A DNA stretch of 64,000 bases from Oikopleura dioica (GCA_907165135.1 OU015566.1:5828001-5892000); one strand, 5' to 3'. Counted from the stretch's first letter, positions 23,873 through 36,251 are shown. Numbers and translations are program-made. The notes: a model not told the origin generated them from the sequence alone.

Positions 23873-24620
23873 CGGTCATGTAATGGACTCGTTTTCTGTC
23901 TATTTTGTCTACCACACTCTGTACTCATTGTCAGAAAAGCGTTCCTCGCTCCAGATAACTCGGTATTGAGTTGTATCGCCCGCAAGCGACAGGTCAAGGA
24001 TCATTGCCAAAAATATAGACTGATCAAAATAAGCTTCTCCCAACATGTTTCTGGTGACAAAATAGACAGCTTAGGAGAACGGTGAATTCAGTAAAGAATC
24101 TCGTTCAGAATGTCTTTTTTCAACATTATTTTCGTTTATGAAGATACTTTTGAAAAAAATAACTGCTGCTCAGATTTATCGGCGGGAAAAATCTAAGTGA
24201 ATATGTCGTTTAGGTAGCCTCTTAGAGAAAGAATCGGCTCTAGAATTTTAGCCCGAAAGTGCGGAAGATAATTCGGTAGCAATAACAGTCCTTACGCACA
24301 ATTCCGGAATTTTTTCAGCTTGACCGGTTACTAATTAGTCTCTCTTTACTCTGCCCCATTTCTATATCTCAGGACAGAATCCTACATTAAAGTACGTATT
24401 TATGAATTCGTAGCTTCCCGTCGCGGTCTTCAAACTTAGCGTCAACGGGTTACAATTTCATTTAGGTTGCAACTTCAATTAGGTCATGTTATGGACTCGT
24501 TTTCTGTCTAGTTCTTCTACCGCACTTTGTACTCTTATTAAAAAACGTCAGAAAAACGTTCTTGCTCCAGATAACTCGGTATTGCTTACTATCGCCCGCC
24601 AGCGACAGCTCAAGAATCAT
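23873..24620. repeat. Two diverged copies of an about 130-bp direct repeat upstream of the CUB gene
   Basis: GGTCATG..ATGGACTCGTTTTCTGTCTA...CTCCAGATAACTCGGTATTG...TATCGCCCGC.AGCGACAG occurs at about 23875-24010 and 24482-24620. Confidence 0.75.
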
Positions 24621-24707
24621 GGGCCATAAAAACGCGGCGCATTCGATCGAATTCAGATTCCAAAACGAGTCTGACAAGCTGATTAAAAATCAGAAAGAGA
24701 GACGAGA

Positions 24708-25707
24708 ATGAAGGTTAATCTTTGAAAAAGAAAACAAAAATAATAATTTTGTTAAGAACGTCGCCAAAGCCCTCATTGCTTCCGCCGCCGCCTTTGAATC
24801 GGGTGTGAGCTATAATGACTACGCCAGCAGTGCAGGTATAACCTGCGGTGGAACGATTACAAGCGACCAGACGATCGTCTCTCCCACAAACGGTGGATTC
24901 TACTACGCCGACACGAGCTGCATCTGGGAGGTCGAGCTAGACGCGTCAGTCGCGAGTTTCGATCTTGTCGCCAAAAGCTTCGCCGTTGAAACCAGCGGAG
25001 ATTGCAGATTCGATTTTCTCCGAATCGTCGATGGGGCAGGTTACGAAGTGAACTACTGTGGATTTACCGATCCCAGCACTCTTCGACGAAAACGAGACGC
25101 CGAGCTGGAAAAGGAAAGAGCATCTCTCTCGGGACGCACTGTTGTCAATCCAATCACTACCGGTTTGAAAAAGCATACTGTCATTGGAAACACCGCGACG
25201 ATCACGTTCCAAACTGACTTTGTTTCGCATTACAAAGGCTTCGAGATCGACATCGTCGCTGGCGGTGCCACTGAGGAACCTGCCGCTCCTTCTCCCGCTG
25301 ATGCTTGGGCGCAGATCGAAGCCGCCGCTGCTGACATTGCCATCCGTGTCGACGACTTCTACGATGCTCTCCCCGGCCTCGGCGTCAATTCGGTCCTTGC
25401 TTCAAAGAAGGTCGCTAGATTCAACGCTTTCTTTGCTAAGATGCAAAAGCTCAACTCCTTCTCTTCCGCCGATCCCTGCACCTACCCCGCTGGCTCGAAC
25501 GACCACACCACTTTCGTCGCACCTGTCGATTCCGCCGACGCCTGCGAGGAATTGAATGGCCTTTTTGCCTCGCTCGTCTCCTTCACCGACTCTTTCGTCT
25601 GCATGCCAAACGCCGAGTACAAGCCAGCCAAGTTGAACGCTCTTATCCACCGTCAGCGAAGACAGATCGTCACCAGAAAACTCAAGCAAATGAAGTGCGG
25701 AAACTAA
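24708..25707 (+). CDS. Secreted CUB-domain protein with a helical Cys-containing C-terminal region (oikosin-like)
   Basis: ATG AAG, a short intron (24714-24756), then a signal peptide and CUB hallmarks CGGTI, CIWEV, CRFDFLRI, YCG, ITFQTD and GFEI. Strong codon bias suggests high expression. Confidence 0.8.
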
Positions 25708-26121
25708 GCTCGACCTTAACGAGTCATTGTCAACAATTCAGATTGGATTCAAATTTTCTCATTGATATTTCTCTGTTTGGCGATTTCTTCTGAAAAAACC
25801 TACTATGAATAAATCACTATTTCGGCCGTATTTTGGTATTGTTTGTTGATTTCTCCAGGATCAGTGGTGTTTTTATCCGATCGCATTTTTAGTCCCAAAT
25901 AATAAAATAATAATAAAATAACTTTTGTCAATTATTAAAGAGCTAGAGTTGAATACAAGAAGGACAAAGAGTTCGTTGAATTCTATAGGCGAAAAAGGCC
26001 AAAAAAGCAAGATCAATGCTCATAATAAAATTAACAAAAATATTAAAACAACCAAAAAGATAAGAGTTGAGAATCGTTTATTATGAGCCTCAAATATCAT
26101 GAATGCTCTGACTTTAAAAAT

Positions 26122-28167
26122 TCAAGCTCGTTTTCTGAATCGAATTTTCATCGGAACAGTCGTTTCAATTTTCGGACCAGCAAGTCTTACTTTCACCTCA
26201 TTCAGTTCGGGCGTGTTTTCTCCAGGAAGGAGCTCGTAGGTTTTGAGAATATTCGCAACGAAGATTTTAATAGATACAAAGGCCCACCGAACTGCCGGGC
26301 AAGATCTGGGCCCGATTCCGAAACCAAACCAGTAGTCGTCTGAAAAGGCGTCAAAAGTAGGGGTGAAGTAGGTGAAGTAGGTACCTTGAAGAGTGTTTGA
26401 TTCATTTCCGTCGAATCGATGAGGGTTGAAAACATCCGGATCTTGGTAAAATTCGGCGCTTCTGTGAACAAGATTCGGCAGAAACAAGACAAGCGTGCCT
26501 TTTTCGATCTAAATTTTCTCTCATCTTCATTTTTATTGGTTAAACCTAACCTTTACGCCTGCAACTTCGCAGTCCTGATCCGCCTCGCGAAGGAGAACGA
26601 TAAACTTGAAAAAGCGCATCGCTTCTTTGATGCATGCGTCGATGAATTTGATCTTTTTCAGCCCCTCGTAGCTCAGATCTGCGCTTTTTACTTGGTTGTA
26701 GATTTCCTCCTGAACGCTAGGGGTTTTCGCCAGGGCAAAGAGAAGGAAGGATAAGGCAGTCGCGGTTGTATCTTGGCCGGCGAGTTTGAAGATCAAAGTT
26801 TGAGCGATGATTTCGTCCTGAAACGCAATTTGGTAATGAATTATTATTATTAATTAACCCTAACCATAACCCTAAGCCAAACACTAATCCTGGGAGGTGT
26901 CTGGAACCGACGAAAATATATCGACAAAATTGAATTTTTCGTGGAAGCTTTCAACCAATCAGAAGTCTGGATTCGGCAAACCGGCCAATCAGCAGCCGAT
27001 TAGCCGCCCACGCAAAACTTGTCAAAAATTTTTTGTCGGTTTCAGACACCATCAGACGGTGACCATCCACTAACCCTAACCCTATTATGATTAATTTAAA
27101 TTTCTTCTGAGCTTTCTTACCTTTGTCAACCCTTTTGTCGCAGTGTACTCCTGTGATTTTTCAATGATGTTATTAGCCATCAGCGACACTAGATTCGTCC
27201 GGCCGCTCGACTTCTGCTCCATGATCTGGGCAATGACCTCCCTGAAGAAATCATCCGTCGAAGAAGGATAGTTTGTCATGTTTAACTTGTATCTAATCCA
27301 TCGTGGGACAGTCGAAGTCTTGATGAATCCCCAAAAACTTGTTTGAGAAAGGATGTTTGCGTGGCGATAAACTTCTTCCACAAGTTCTTCGTTTTCTTTT
27401 GCACTAAGGCCTAAACCAGAGCCAAGAATGGCGCGAAGAGTGAGTCCAGCCGCGAATGCTTTTGCGTCAACTTCAGTTTCCGCCGATTTGGGAACGGCCG
27501 TGTTCTCGTAATGTTCGTACGTATCTTGAAGCACCAAGCACGTCTCCTTCAGCCTCGCTCCAGAAAAGAATGGAACGATCGTATTTCTGATCCTTTTCCA
27601 TTTTTGCCCCTCTGCCAGAGTGACGAAGTCAGGAGCCATTTTTCCGAACGCGAAATTCGCTTCGCTTCGGCCCCTCGTTGTAAAGTTGTGGAAGCCCTTG
27701 ATCGCCACTTCTTTCCAAATAGCTGGGTCTTTGACTATCAGACAGGGTTGAGTGAAAAAGAAGTAAATGCCGATCACGTCTTGGTCTGCGTACTTCTCAA
27801 AGAGCCCTACACCAAGATCGTTGAAAGTTGAGATAGTGTTTCCCAAGTCGGCCAAAGACGGTTTCGGCCCAGAAACACCTTTGCGCTGCCAATACTTCCA
27901 TTTGTTCTGAAGCCAGCAGTAGCCAATCACACCAGTCAAGCCTTTCATGGTTTAACCTACCCCTAACCCTAACCCTAAACTTTAGACAAAGATTTAAACT
28001 GACAATCAAATTGATCATAAAACCATTCCTAAAGTGCTGATCGTCAGGATTTCAGCTCTTGAACGAGTTTTTAAAAACTCGGCAACTTTCTCTACTTGAT
28101 TTTTCGTAACATATGGTACACTTTCAAAAGCTTTTTTGCTTGGAAAAAACTCCCACACTGCTTCCAT
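26122..28167 (-). CDS. Cytochrome P450 (CYP3-clan-like)
   Basis: GVSGPKP proline hinge, WKRIR, AGQDTT I-helix, EAMR K-helix, FNPHRF and heme motif FGIGPRSCPA. First exon inferred at 28167-28029. Confidence 0.9.
26896..27050. mobile_element. Small inverted-repeat element in a CYP intron, flanked by (TAACCC)n
   Basis: GGTGTCTGGAACCGAC / GTCGGTTTCAGACACC ends, with telomere-like hexamers at about 26855-26875 and 27070-27085. Confidence 0.65.
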
Positions 28168-28491
28168 TTTTATGAATAAAGTTCGAGAAAGAGGCTCGAA
28201 AGAAAAATTGGGAGCTCGATTGATTTGATCAAATATTTTCGAAGTTACGAATGCTCTGACTCTGAGCCTCAGAGTATTTACCTTGGCCCCAGGTCTTGGG
28301 GTCTGCAAAAAATGGTTGAAATGGTGCTTGGGTGGAGGTGGGCACACATCCAACACCACAACCCACCATATTCAAAATTCGAAAATGATGGGAAGTGTTG
28401 GGTAAATTTATTTCTATCAAAAATGTCAATGAGCTGAGATAGGCCGGAAATGAAGTTGGGGGAGGTGGGTGAATTTGTTTGCTAGTCTATA

Positions 28492-30632
28492 ATGTCGAAG
28501 GAAGCTGCGAGTTGCGCTACGAGAAAACCTAAAGATACTCCTTTTGTATTTATTTGTGTACCACTTTGGCATGAAAATGAACTTGAGATGGAAACTCTTA
28601 CGAAGTCACTTATAAGGTGAGTTTGAACTCAATTTTCTTCTTATTTTTCTATTCAAGGTTGATTAAAAATAAGAAAAATCATCAGAAAAATGACTTCGAG
28701 CTTGAAATTCACTTCTTTTTTGATGACTCTTTTGACAAAACCGCATCTGGGAAAGTAACGAACAAATGGGTCAATCAGTACTTGGAAGTCCTCGAAAGAG
28801 TTTTGCCTGAAAATAGCCAGGAAAATATTGGGAATCAAGGAGAACTCGCCGAAACGCCTTATGGAGGGCGAATTCGGTTGCTTGTTTTTGGAGTCGAGTG
28901 GACTATTCATTTGAAAGATTCGGAAAAGATCAAGAAAGGATTACGATGGACACAAGTTATGTACATGAATTATGTCTGCCACTGGAAGATAAAGCAGGAA
29001 AAAGATGCGAGGATCAGGGAGGAAAATTCATTTATTTTGGCGATTGATGGAGATGTGGATTTTAGACCGGTGGATTTCGACCTTGTTCTTTCAAGAATGC
29101 TGGATTCATCGGAAATCGCCGCTTGTTGCAGTCAAATTGAGCCAACAGGAAGCGGTAAATCCGTCTTTTTAAACTTATTTAACGCTGTCTTTAGGCCCGA
29201 TGGTTTGGTTTCAGCATTTTGAGTACGGCATTCAACATTACTCTAAATTGTTCTCCGAGAAATTCCTCGGCTCTGTTTTGTGCACGTCTCATTGTTTTTG
29301 CATACTGAGAATGTCAGCATTGAAGCCAGTCCTGAAGGATTACGCCAAGGAGGCATCAGATGGAAGAACAAAAATAATGTTTGACCCAGAGTTCGAAGTC
29401 TGGCAGAAAATCACTGCCCCTGCAATAGGCCCCTTGCACGTCTCTGGCTTACCCTAACCCTAACATGCTTCGGACTTTGGGAGCTTTTCCCCAGATTTCG
29501 AACTCTGGTTCGACCAAGGAGACGATAGATATCTTTGCAACCTCATGCTGCTCAACGGCGCAAGGATTGAATACGAAGGGAAGAGTCGATGTAAAAACTT
29601 TGCGCCCGAAGATTTTGATGCATTTTTTAAACAGCGACGTAGATGGGGACCACAATTTGTTCTCAACATGTTTGACTTTAATTCGAAACGAAGAGAAGCA
29701 GTAAACAATAATTCTTGGCTGAAGAACTTAATTTACAGCGAAGCTTTTTCTTGGGGCGTTTCTTCCATCAGCATATCTGCAACGCTTTTAGTTATCTGGA
29801 ATTGGCTTGAAATCTTTGCTGCGGGTTACATTACAAGATGGACCGCTTTTGCCATCGTTTTTGCACCTGTTATTGTGTTTTCGATGATCTGTTTGTCAGA
29901 TTTCGAACCGTTAAAATTGCAGTCAGCGAAATTTCTCTCGACAGTCTACGCCTGCTCCATGGTTCTACCCTTTGCTTTTCCTGATGTTTGGATTTCAAGG
30001 CTTGATTTTGACCCCCTTGCAGTGCTAGTTACTGTGTTAGGAGCTATTTATTTGATATCAACGATAATTTTCTGCGATATGAAATGTACTTTCAGCAGCG
30101 TTGTTTATGTTCTGTTTATTCCGATGAATAATATTTTTCTTCAGGTAATTTATGCAGTACTCGTATTTATCATCGATCATTTGTATTTCTTTCAGATTTT
30201 CGCGATAACGAATATGAACAATTTGAGTTGGGGAATTCGATGCGAATCATCCGATTTGAAGGTTTATTCGATTGACGATAAAGACGACGAAAGTAGAACT
30301 GAATATTTATTGAAAAATGGCAGCCAGAAATTTCCGCCATTAGCGAGTGCGAAGGAGGGAAAATTCTGGGCAAATATGCTCTCACCCGATTCAGGCACTC
30401 TCAGGCCTTTGCCAGAATCAAAGAAGAAAGAAATGAATGAAAAAATTGATCAAGATCTACGAAAAGTCAGGTTATTTATCCGTAACGCTATCTCTAACCC
30501 AAAACCTAACCCTAAATACGTCAAAATAAATATTTTCCAAGGAACAAAGCTGCAGCTGCTACTGCTCTTGCCAATTTGCTTTTGACTCTTTTCGCCATCA
30601 TGATAAAAATATATGGACCCCAAAAATTCTAA
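28492..30632 (+). CDS. CHS: Divergent, short chitin synthase (GT2), interrupted by a MITE
   Basis: PLWHENELEM, TPYGGR, RWTQVMYM, LAIDGDVDF, PMVWFQHFEY, GSVLC, DQGDDRYL, QRRRW, NNLSWGIR and RNKA segments followed by TM helices. Confidence 0.85.
29387..29507. mobile_element. 121-bp hAT-like MITE within the chitin synthase coding region
   Basis: TIR CAGAGTTCGAAGTCTGG / CCAGATTTCGAACTCTG. 8-bp TSD GTTTGACC (29379-29386) vs GTTCGACC (29508-29515). Contains CCCTAACCCTAA. Confidence 0.85.
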
Positions 30633-30799
30633 ATTTCAAACCTGCTGAAGAATGGCAATCATTTTGAATATACTGATCTATTCTTCCTTAAAATACAAGC
30701 TAAGCATTAAATTATTACAAAAGAAATTTCGGCATTTCAAAGAAGATCCGTTGCATTCGATCTAAGAGTCCATCGGAAACGCTCGTCGTTGGCATCGAA

Positions 30800-32367
30800 G
30801 CGAAGAATCTCAATCTCGTTAACATAGTAACAGACACCGGTTCCAGGTGGACATTCTATTTCTTGAGCTCTCCAAGCTTGAATAACTATTAAAAAAAAGC
30901 TCCAAGTTTGAGCTCACCGAGGTTTAGGTCAAGAGTATCTTTGATCGTCCAAAAGCAATCATCCATCTGAAAATTCATATAATAAATTTTATATAAATAA
31001 TTATTGAAAGTTGAATCTTACCTCGCAATTTTCTGTGAGGAGCCATGTTTGAAGAAATCCGGATTTACCTTTTTCTTGGTGAAAAACGAGTCCACCTTCA
31101 GAAGACTTGTCTTTTCAGGGTTCTGTAGTCTGGTTCTTTTTTCCCGGCTTCGAATATCAGATTTACAGACCCTTCCTTTAGGAAAGCTAGCTCTGCAGTT
31201 GCCTGTGTTACCGCAGCCATGAGTGTTGATAAAGTATTCATTTTTTCTAAAACTCGGGACGATATCGAAATGATGGATTTTGATTTCAGGTGAAGTGGCC
31301 ATCGTCGAACCATGAATCGGACCACAACTCATCGTGTACTAATATTTGTTATTCAAAGTTTATCGAGGAAATCATACATTAAAATCATCATTGTTGACGA
31401 AGCCAACGAGTGAGTTTCCAAAGCACTTGGGTTGTCCGTCTTTCATTTCAAGGCAAACTCCGTCGCACTCAAGATCGAAGCACTTATTTGTTGTTTCCGT
31501 TATTTCTTCACAAGTATTTCCAGAAGCGCCCAGAGGACAATCACAAATGAAAGAGTCGTCACCAGTAATTTCGCAGGCCCCTCCATTTTGACAAGGAAAA
31601 TCCATGCAAGGATGAATTTCGCACCTTTTTCCGGAGTAAAATTCGGGACAATCGCACTTGAAATCATCGCCGTCCATTGAGCAGACTCCATCGTTGAAGC
31701 AAGCTGGTGGTTTGCTTGCATCATTGCTGTTTTGCTCGCAGGGGTTAATTTCGCATCGCCGGCCGGAGAACATGTCAGAAGGACACTTGCATAGATGCTT
31801 TTCTCCGAACAACATGCACTCTCCATATTTACAAGGCTCATAGGAACACTGAGTTATCACGCACGATTCTCCGTGTGCCCAATCTTTGCAAGAGCAAACA
31901 TAAGTGTTTCCAGTAATTGTACAGATCGCATCATCCTCACACGGATCCCCGGAGCAAGGAGTAGTTTCGCATCGCTCTCCAGAGAAGCCATCTAAGCACG
32001 AGCACACAAAACTACCATTGAAAAAGGAACACGCTCCGCCGTACTCGCAGGGATTGTTTGGACAAGGACCGATCTCGCAAAAATCACCAGAAAAACCATC
32101 CAGACAAGCGCAAAAAATTGAGTCGTTGGTTTCTTCACAAATTCCCCCATTCTGACAAGAATGGGCTTCGCAGGTAATGACTGTGCTTGTCGTTGTAGTT
32201 GTGGTCGTTGTTATTGTTGTGGACTTCGTGGTTGAGGCACTTGTTGTTTTTGCATCCTGATTTTTTCTGAGAAAAATCGGAGTTATAATTGTTGCGACCA
32301 GAGCTCCGAAGACAAGAATTCCGACTACACATGTCACCTTAAATTTAATTTCAAACTCGACCACCAT
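30800..32367 (-). CDS. Type II membrane protein with a Thr stalk, about six EGF repeats and an unassigned C-terminal region
   Basis: N-terminal hydrophobic anchor, poly-Thr, and repeated C..NGG.C...C.C..GFSG..C units. 3' exons are uncertain. Confidence 0.7.
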
Positions 32368-32862
32368 TTATTATCTCTTACTATTAGACGACTTGGCATT
32401 TTTTTTCACCGAAAAATTGTTCGATTAAAACTGTGATATATCGCAAGAACTGGGCCACCAAATAGTGTGCACGGAGTTTTATTATTCTTTTTGGCCGGAT
32501 GCTACTTATCGTATCCGAAAACAGGCGACTTCGCCGCAATAGAGTGCCTTTATCGAAAATTTCAGGCAAATTTTTGTCGAGAGCGGCAAATCAACAAACG
32601 AAATATTGAGAAAGGCATTGGAGACGGTTTCCAAGATTGAAAAGATTGTGGAGTGCACCAAGTGAACTTTTAATGAAGTTGAGTAGATTTTTATTGATTC
32701 AGAACACTAAATATTTCTTAATAAATAAACTTGAATGATCATAAGAAAGCTTTTTTCATTTAGCATCTGCTTGAATTCGCAACAGTTTTTTATGATTGAT
32801 TCAACACAGAAAAAATGGTATTCAAAGCAGGACCCCTATAATATTCTTCTGAGAGACGAAAA

Positions 32863-34439
32863 ATGATTGTACTTCAGGTTTTACTGATTTTTCAGGGTAT
32901 TCTTAAAGTTGATTCCAGTAAAGATGCGGATGAGCCTTGCCCGTAAGTAGTTTCTTCTGATTATTCATGTTTCTTGAGCTTTTCCAGCGACGCCGACATA
33001 CAAGTGGAGTGCATCGGACTGTGCAGAGCTGAATACAATCGCTGCCGTCTTCTTTGCGAAACGGAATACTGTCAGTCGATTTGCGACCGAGAATATCAAA
33101 GTAAGGCTATTCAGAAATACAATCTCAAGAAAGTTTTAGACTGCCGTGACTATTGTCCGTGTGGAGAGAAGTGCAAAGAGGGATGTGTCAACTGCGAGCA
33201 TCCAATGTGTCCGGTACACTTTTTTCTTTATTTAAACTTTTGGGCCTTGAGTCCAGGGTTTATCTTTCTTAGGAGATTCCGTGTGACGATCCCTGCGAGG
33301 GCAGAGAAAACTGCGAGACTTTCATCGATGACTGCGCAATCAATCCATCTAGAGAAAACCTCATCACCACTGTCATTGCTTCAGTCAATCACGTCACATC
33401 CGTTGATGTCCTCTGCACTCATGTCGAATCGAGCACCGGTATGAACTTTGTTCACATGACCAACATGGCTATGAGCGGAAACGCTGGGCAGCGATTCTTC
33501 GCGCTTTATCGCCAACCAGACTGTCAGTCGATTTCGCTTAGTTTCGCCTATCCAGAAATATGCAAGTTCTTTTCGCAAGCTGATGATTTTGAATGCGTGC
33601 CTGGCGAGTGGAACACTTTTAAACTCGAGCAGCGACAAGACGAAAACGACCCAGCCCTTACCAACATCGTCGTCAGCATCGACGATACTATTGTCGCTGA
33701 ACGAGTCGCTGCTACCCATCGAGTCTTGAAAGGAGATGAACTAAATGTCTACGCTTCGAATAAATGGAACGACGCTGCTGTAGACTACTCAATTCGAAAT
33801 TTCTTTTACCAAACCTTTGACGAGATTAATTACGAACCATGTGTCGCTGTTGACCCATGTGAAGGCAAAAACGACTGTACGACTTTTGTCGACTCTTGCG
33901 AGATGCAACCAAGCTATAAAAACCAATGCGGTAGAGTGACTGCTGAGATCAACATCGTCGTCAGCGCCGAAGTCAAGTGCTCACACGACATGGAACTCGG
34001 CGACTGGACAAACATCCTCCAGTTGACGTCCTCGAATCTCCAAGGGAACCCCGGACAGCGATTTTTCATGCTTCTCCGGCACAAAGACAATCAACAGCTT
34101 CAACTCTCAGTCGATGATCCTTCCAACGACAAATTGTGGTCTGGAAGTGGGTATTTCGATTGTGTTCCTGGAGAGTGGCAGACATGGCGGTACGAGCGAA
34201 CGCAGAATTCAGAAAACCCAATTATGACTGATCTCTCAGTTTCTCTCGATGGCGTCACTGTTTTCTCGAACTCTGTTCGAACTGATAATGTCTATGCAAA
34301 TGACGACCTCGATGTCTACTTGTCCAACAGATGGCACATTGCTGGATCAGCATACGCCGTCCGAAACTTCTATTATCAGACTTCTCCTAAGATTCACACT
34401 GTAACTGATCAAGATCAAAATCAACAAACCAAAATCTAG
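32863..34439 (+). CDS. Secreted protein: Cys-rich module plus two repeats of a beta-rich (LamG/ConA-like) domain; tandem copy 1
   Basis: Signal peptide MIVLQVLLIFQG, CIGLCRAEYNRCRLLC...CPC module, and two internal repeats (GNAGQRFFALY / GNPGQRFFML; NVYASNKW / DVYLSNRW; RNFFYQT). The fold assignment is an inference. Confidence 0.75.
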
Positions 34440-34664
34440 ACAGTTACAGACATTGACCGGATCCTGAAGGTCCCCACATGCACTTACCGATGTAGTTCAT
34501 GTAATTTCTATCAGTTCAGAACAGTAAATAAACTTGAATGATCATAAGAACACTTTTTTATATAGCATCTGCTTGAATTCGCAACAGTTTGTTAAATGTT
34601 TATTCGACACAGAAAAAACGCTTTTCAAAGCAGGGCCCCTATCACATTCTTCTGAGAGACAAAA

Positions 34665-36251
34665 ATGGTTATTTTTCAGGTTTTACTGATTTTTCAGGGT
34701 ATTCTTAAAATCGATTCAAGTAAAGATGCCGATGAGCCTTGCCCGTAAGTTTTTTTTTATTTTCTATCTTTCTTGAGCTATTCCAGCGACGCCGAAATAC
34801 AAGTGGAATGTGTCGGACTGTGCAGAGTCGAATACAATCGCTGTCGTCTTTTGTGCGAGACAGAATATTGCCAGTCGATTTGCGACCGAGAATATCAAAG
34901 TAAGGCCATTCACAAATGAAATCTCAAGGAATTTTAAGACTGCCGCGACTATTGTCCCTGTGGAGAGAAGTGCAAAGAGGGATGTGTCAACTGCGAACAT
35001 CCAATGTGTCCGGTAAACTTTTTTCTAGTTTTTAGCTCGTTTTCCTTGAGTCGAGGCTATGGCTCAGCGTAAGAGTTGAAAAAAAAAAGATTAATTCATG
35101 TCAGTTATATTCGTCCTAGGAGATACCTTGTGACGATCCATGCGATGGCAAGCAATATTGCGAAACTTTCATCGATGACTGCGCTATCAACCCGTCCAGA
35201 GAAAACCTTATCACCACTGTCACCGCTTCTGTCAACCATGTGATGTCGATTGATGTCCTTTGCACACATGTTGAATCCAGCACGTGGATGAACTTTGTGC
35301 AGGTTACGAACATGGCTTTGGACGGAAACGCTGGACAGCGATTCTTCGCGCTCTATCGCCGACCAGACTCTCAATCGATCTCACTCAGCTTTGCCGATCC
35401 AGAAAGGTGCAAGTTCTTTTCACAATCTGATGATTTCGAATGCGTACCTGGCGAATGGAACACTTTCAAACTTGAGCAGCGACAAGACGAAAACGACCCA
35501 ACCCTTACCAACATCGTCGTCAGCATCGATGATGACATCGTCGCTGAACGAGTTGTTGCGACCCATCGAGTATTGAAAGGAGACGAATTGAATGTTTTCG
35601 CTTCGAATAGTTGGAACGACGCTGCGAAAGACTACTCAATTCGGAATTTCTTCTACCAAACCTTTGACGAAATCGAATACGAACAATGCGTCGCTGTTGA
35701 TCCCTGTGATGGCAAGACTGACTGTATCACCTTTGTCGGCTCCTGCGAGATGAATCCTAGCTTCAACAACAAATGCGGAACAGTCACTGCTGAAATCAAC
35801 AGCGTCGTCAGCGCCGAAGTCAAGTGCTCTCACGACATGGACATAGACAATCAAAACTACACAAACATTCTCCAGATGACCTCGGACAATAAAGACGGAA
35901 ATCCCGGACAGCGATTCTTCATGCTTAACCGTCACAAAAAGAACCATCAGCTGGAGTTGTGCGTCGATGATCCTTCAACGGACAAGTGGAGGGCGAGGAG
36001 CGGCTTCTTCGATTGCGTTCCTGGCGTGTGGCAGACCTGGCGATTTGAGCGAAGACAAAATTCAAACGACCCAAATTTGACTGATCTATCCATGTTTCTC
36101 GATGACGTTAAAATTTTTTTCGAACACTGTTCCCACCGATGATGTCTATGCCGATGAGGACCTCGATGTCTACTTGTCTAATAAATGGAATATTGCTGGA
36201 TCAGCCTATGCCGTCAAAAATTTCTACTATCAAACCTTTCCAAAGATCTGA
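34665..36251 (+). CDS. Tandem copy 2 of the Cys-rich/lectin-like gene, with a +1 T frameshift at about 36114-36120
   Basis: Colinear with copy 1 including upstream DNA. Removing one T from the T7 run restores ...DVYLSNKWNIAGSAYAVKNFYYQTFPKI*. Confidence 0.7.
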
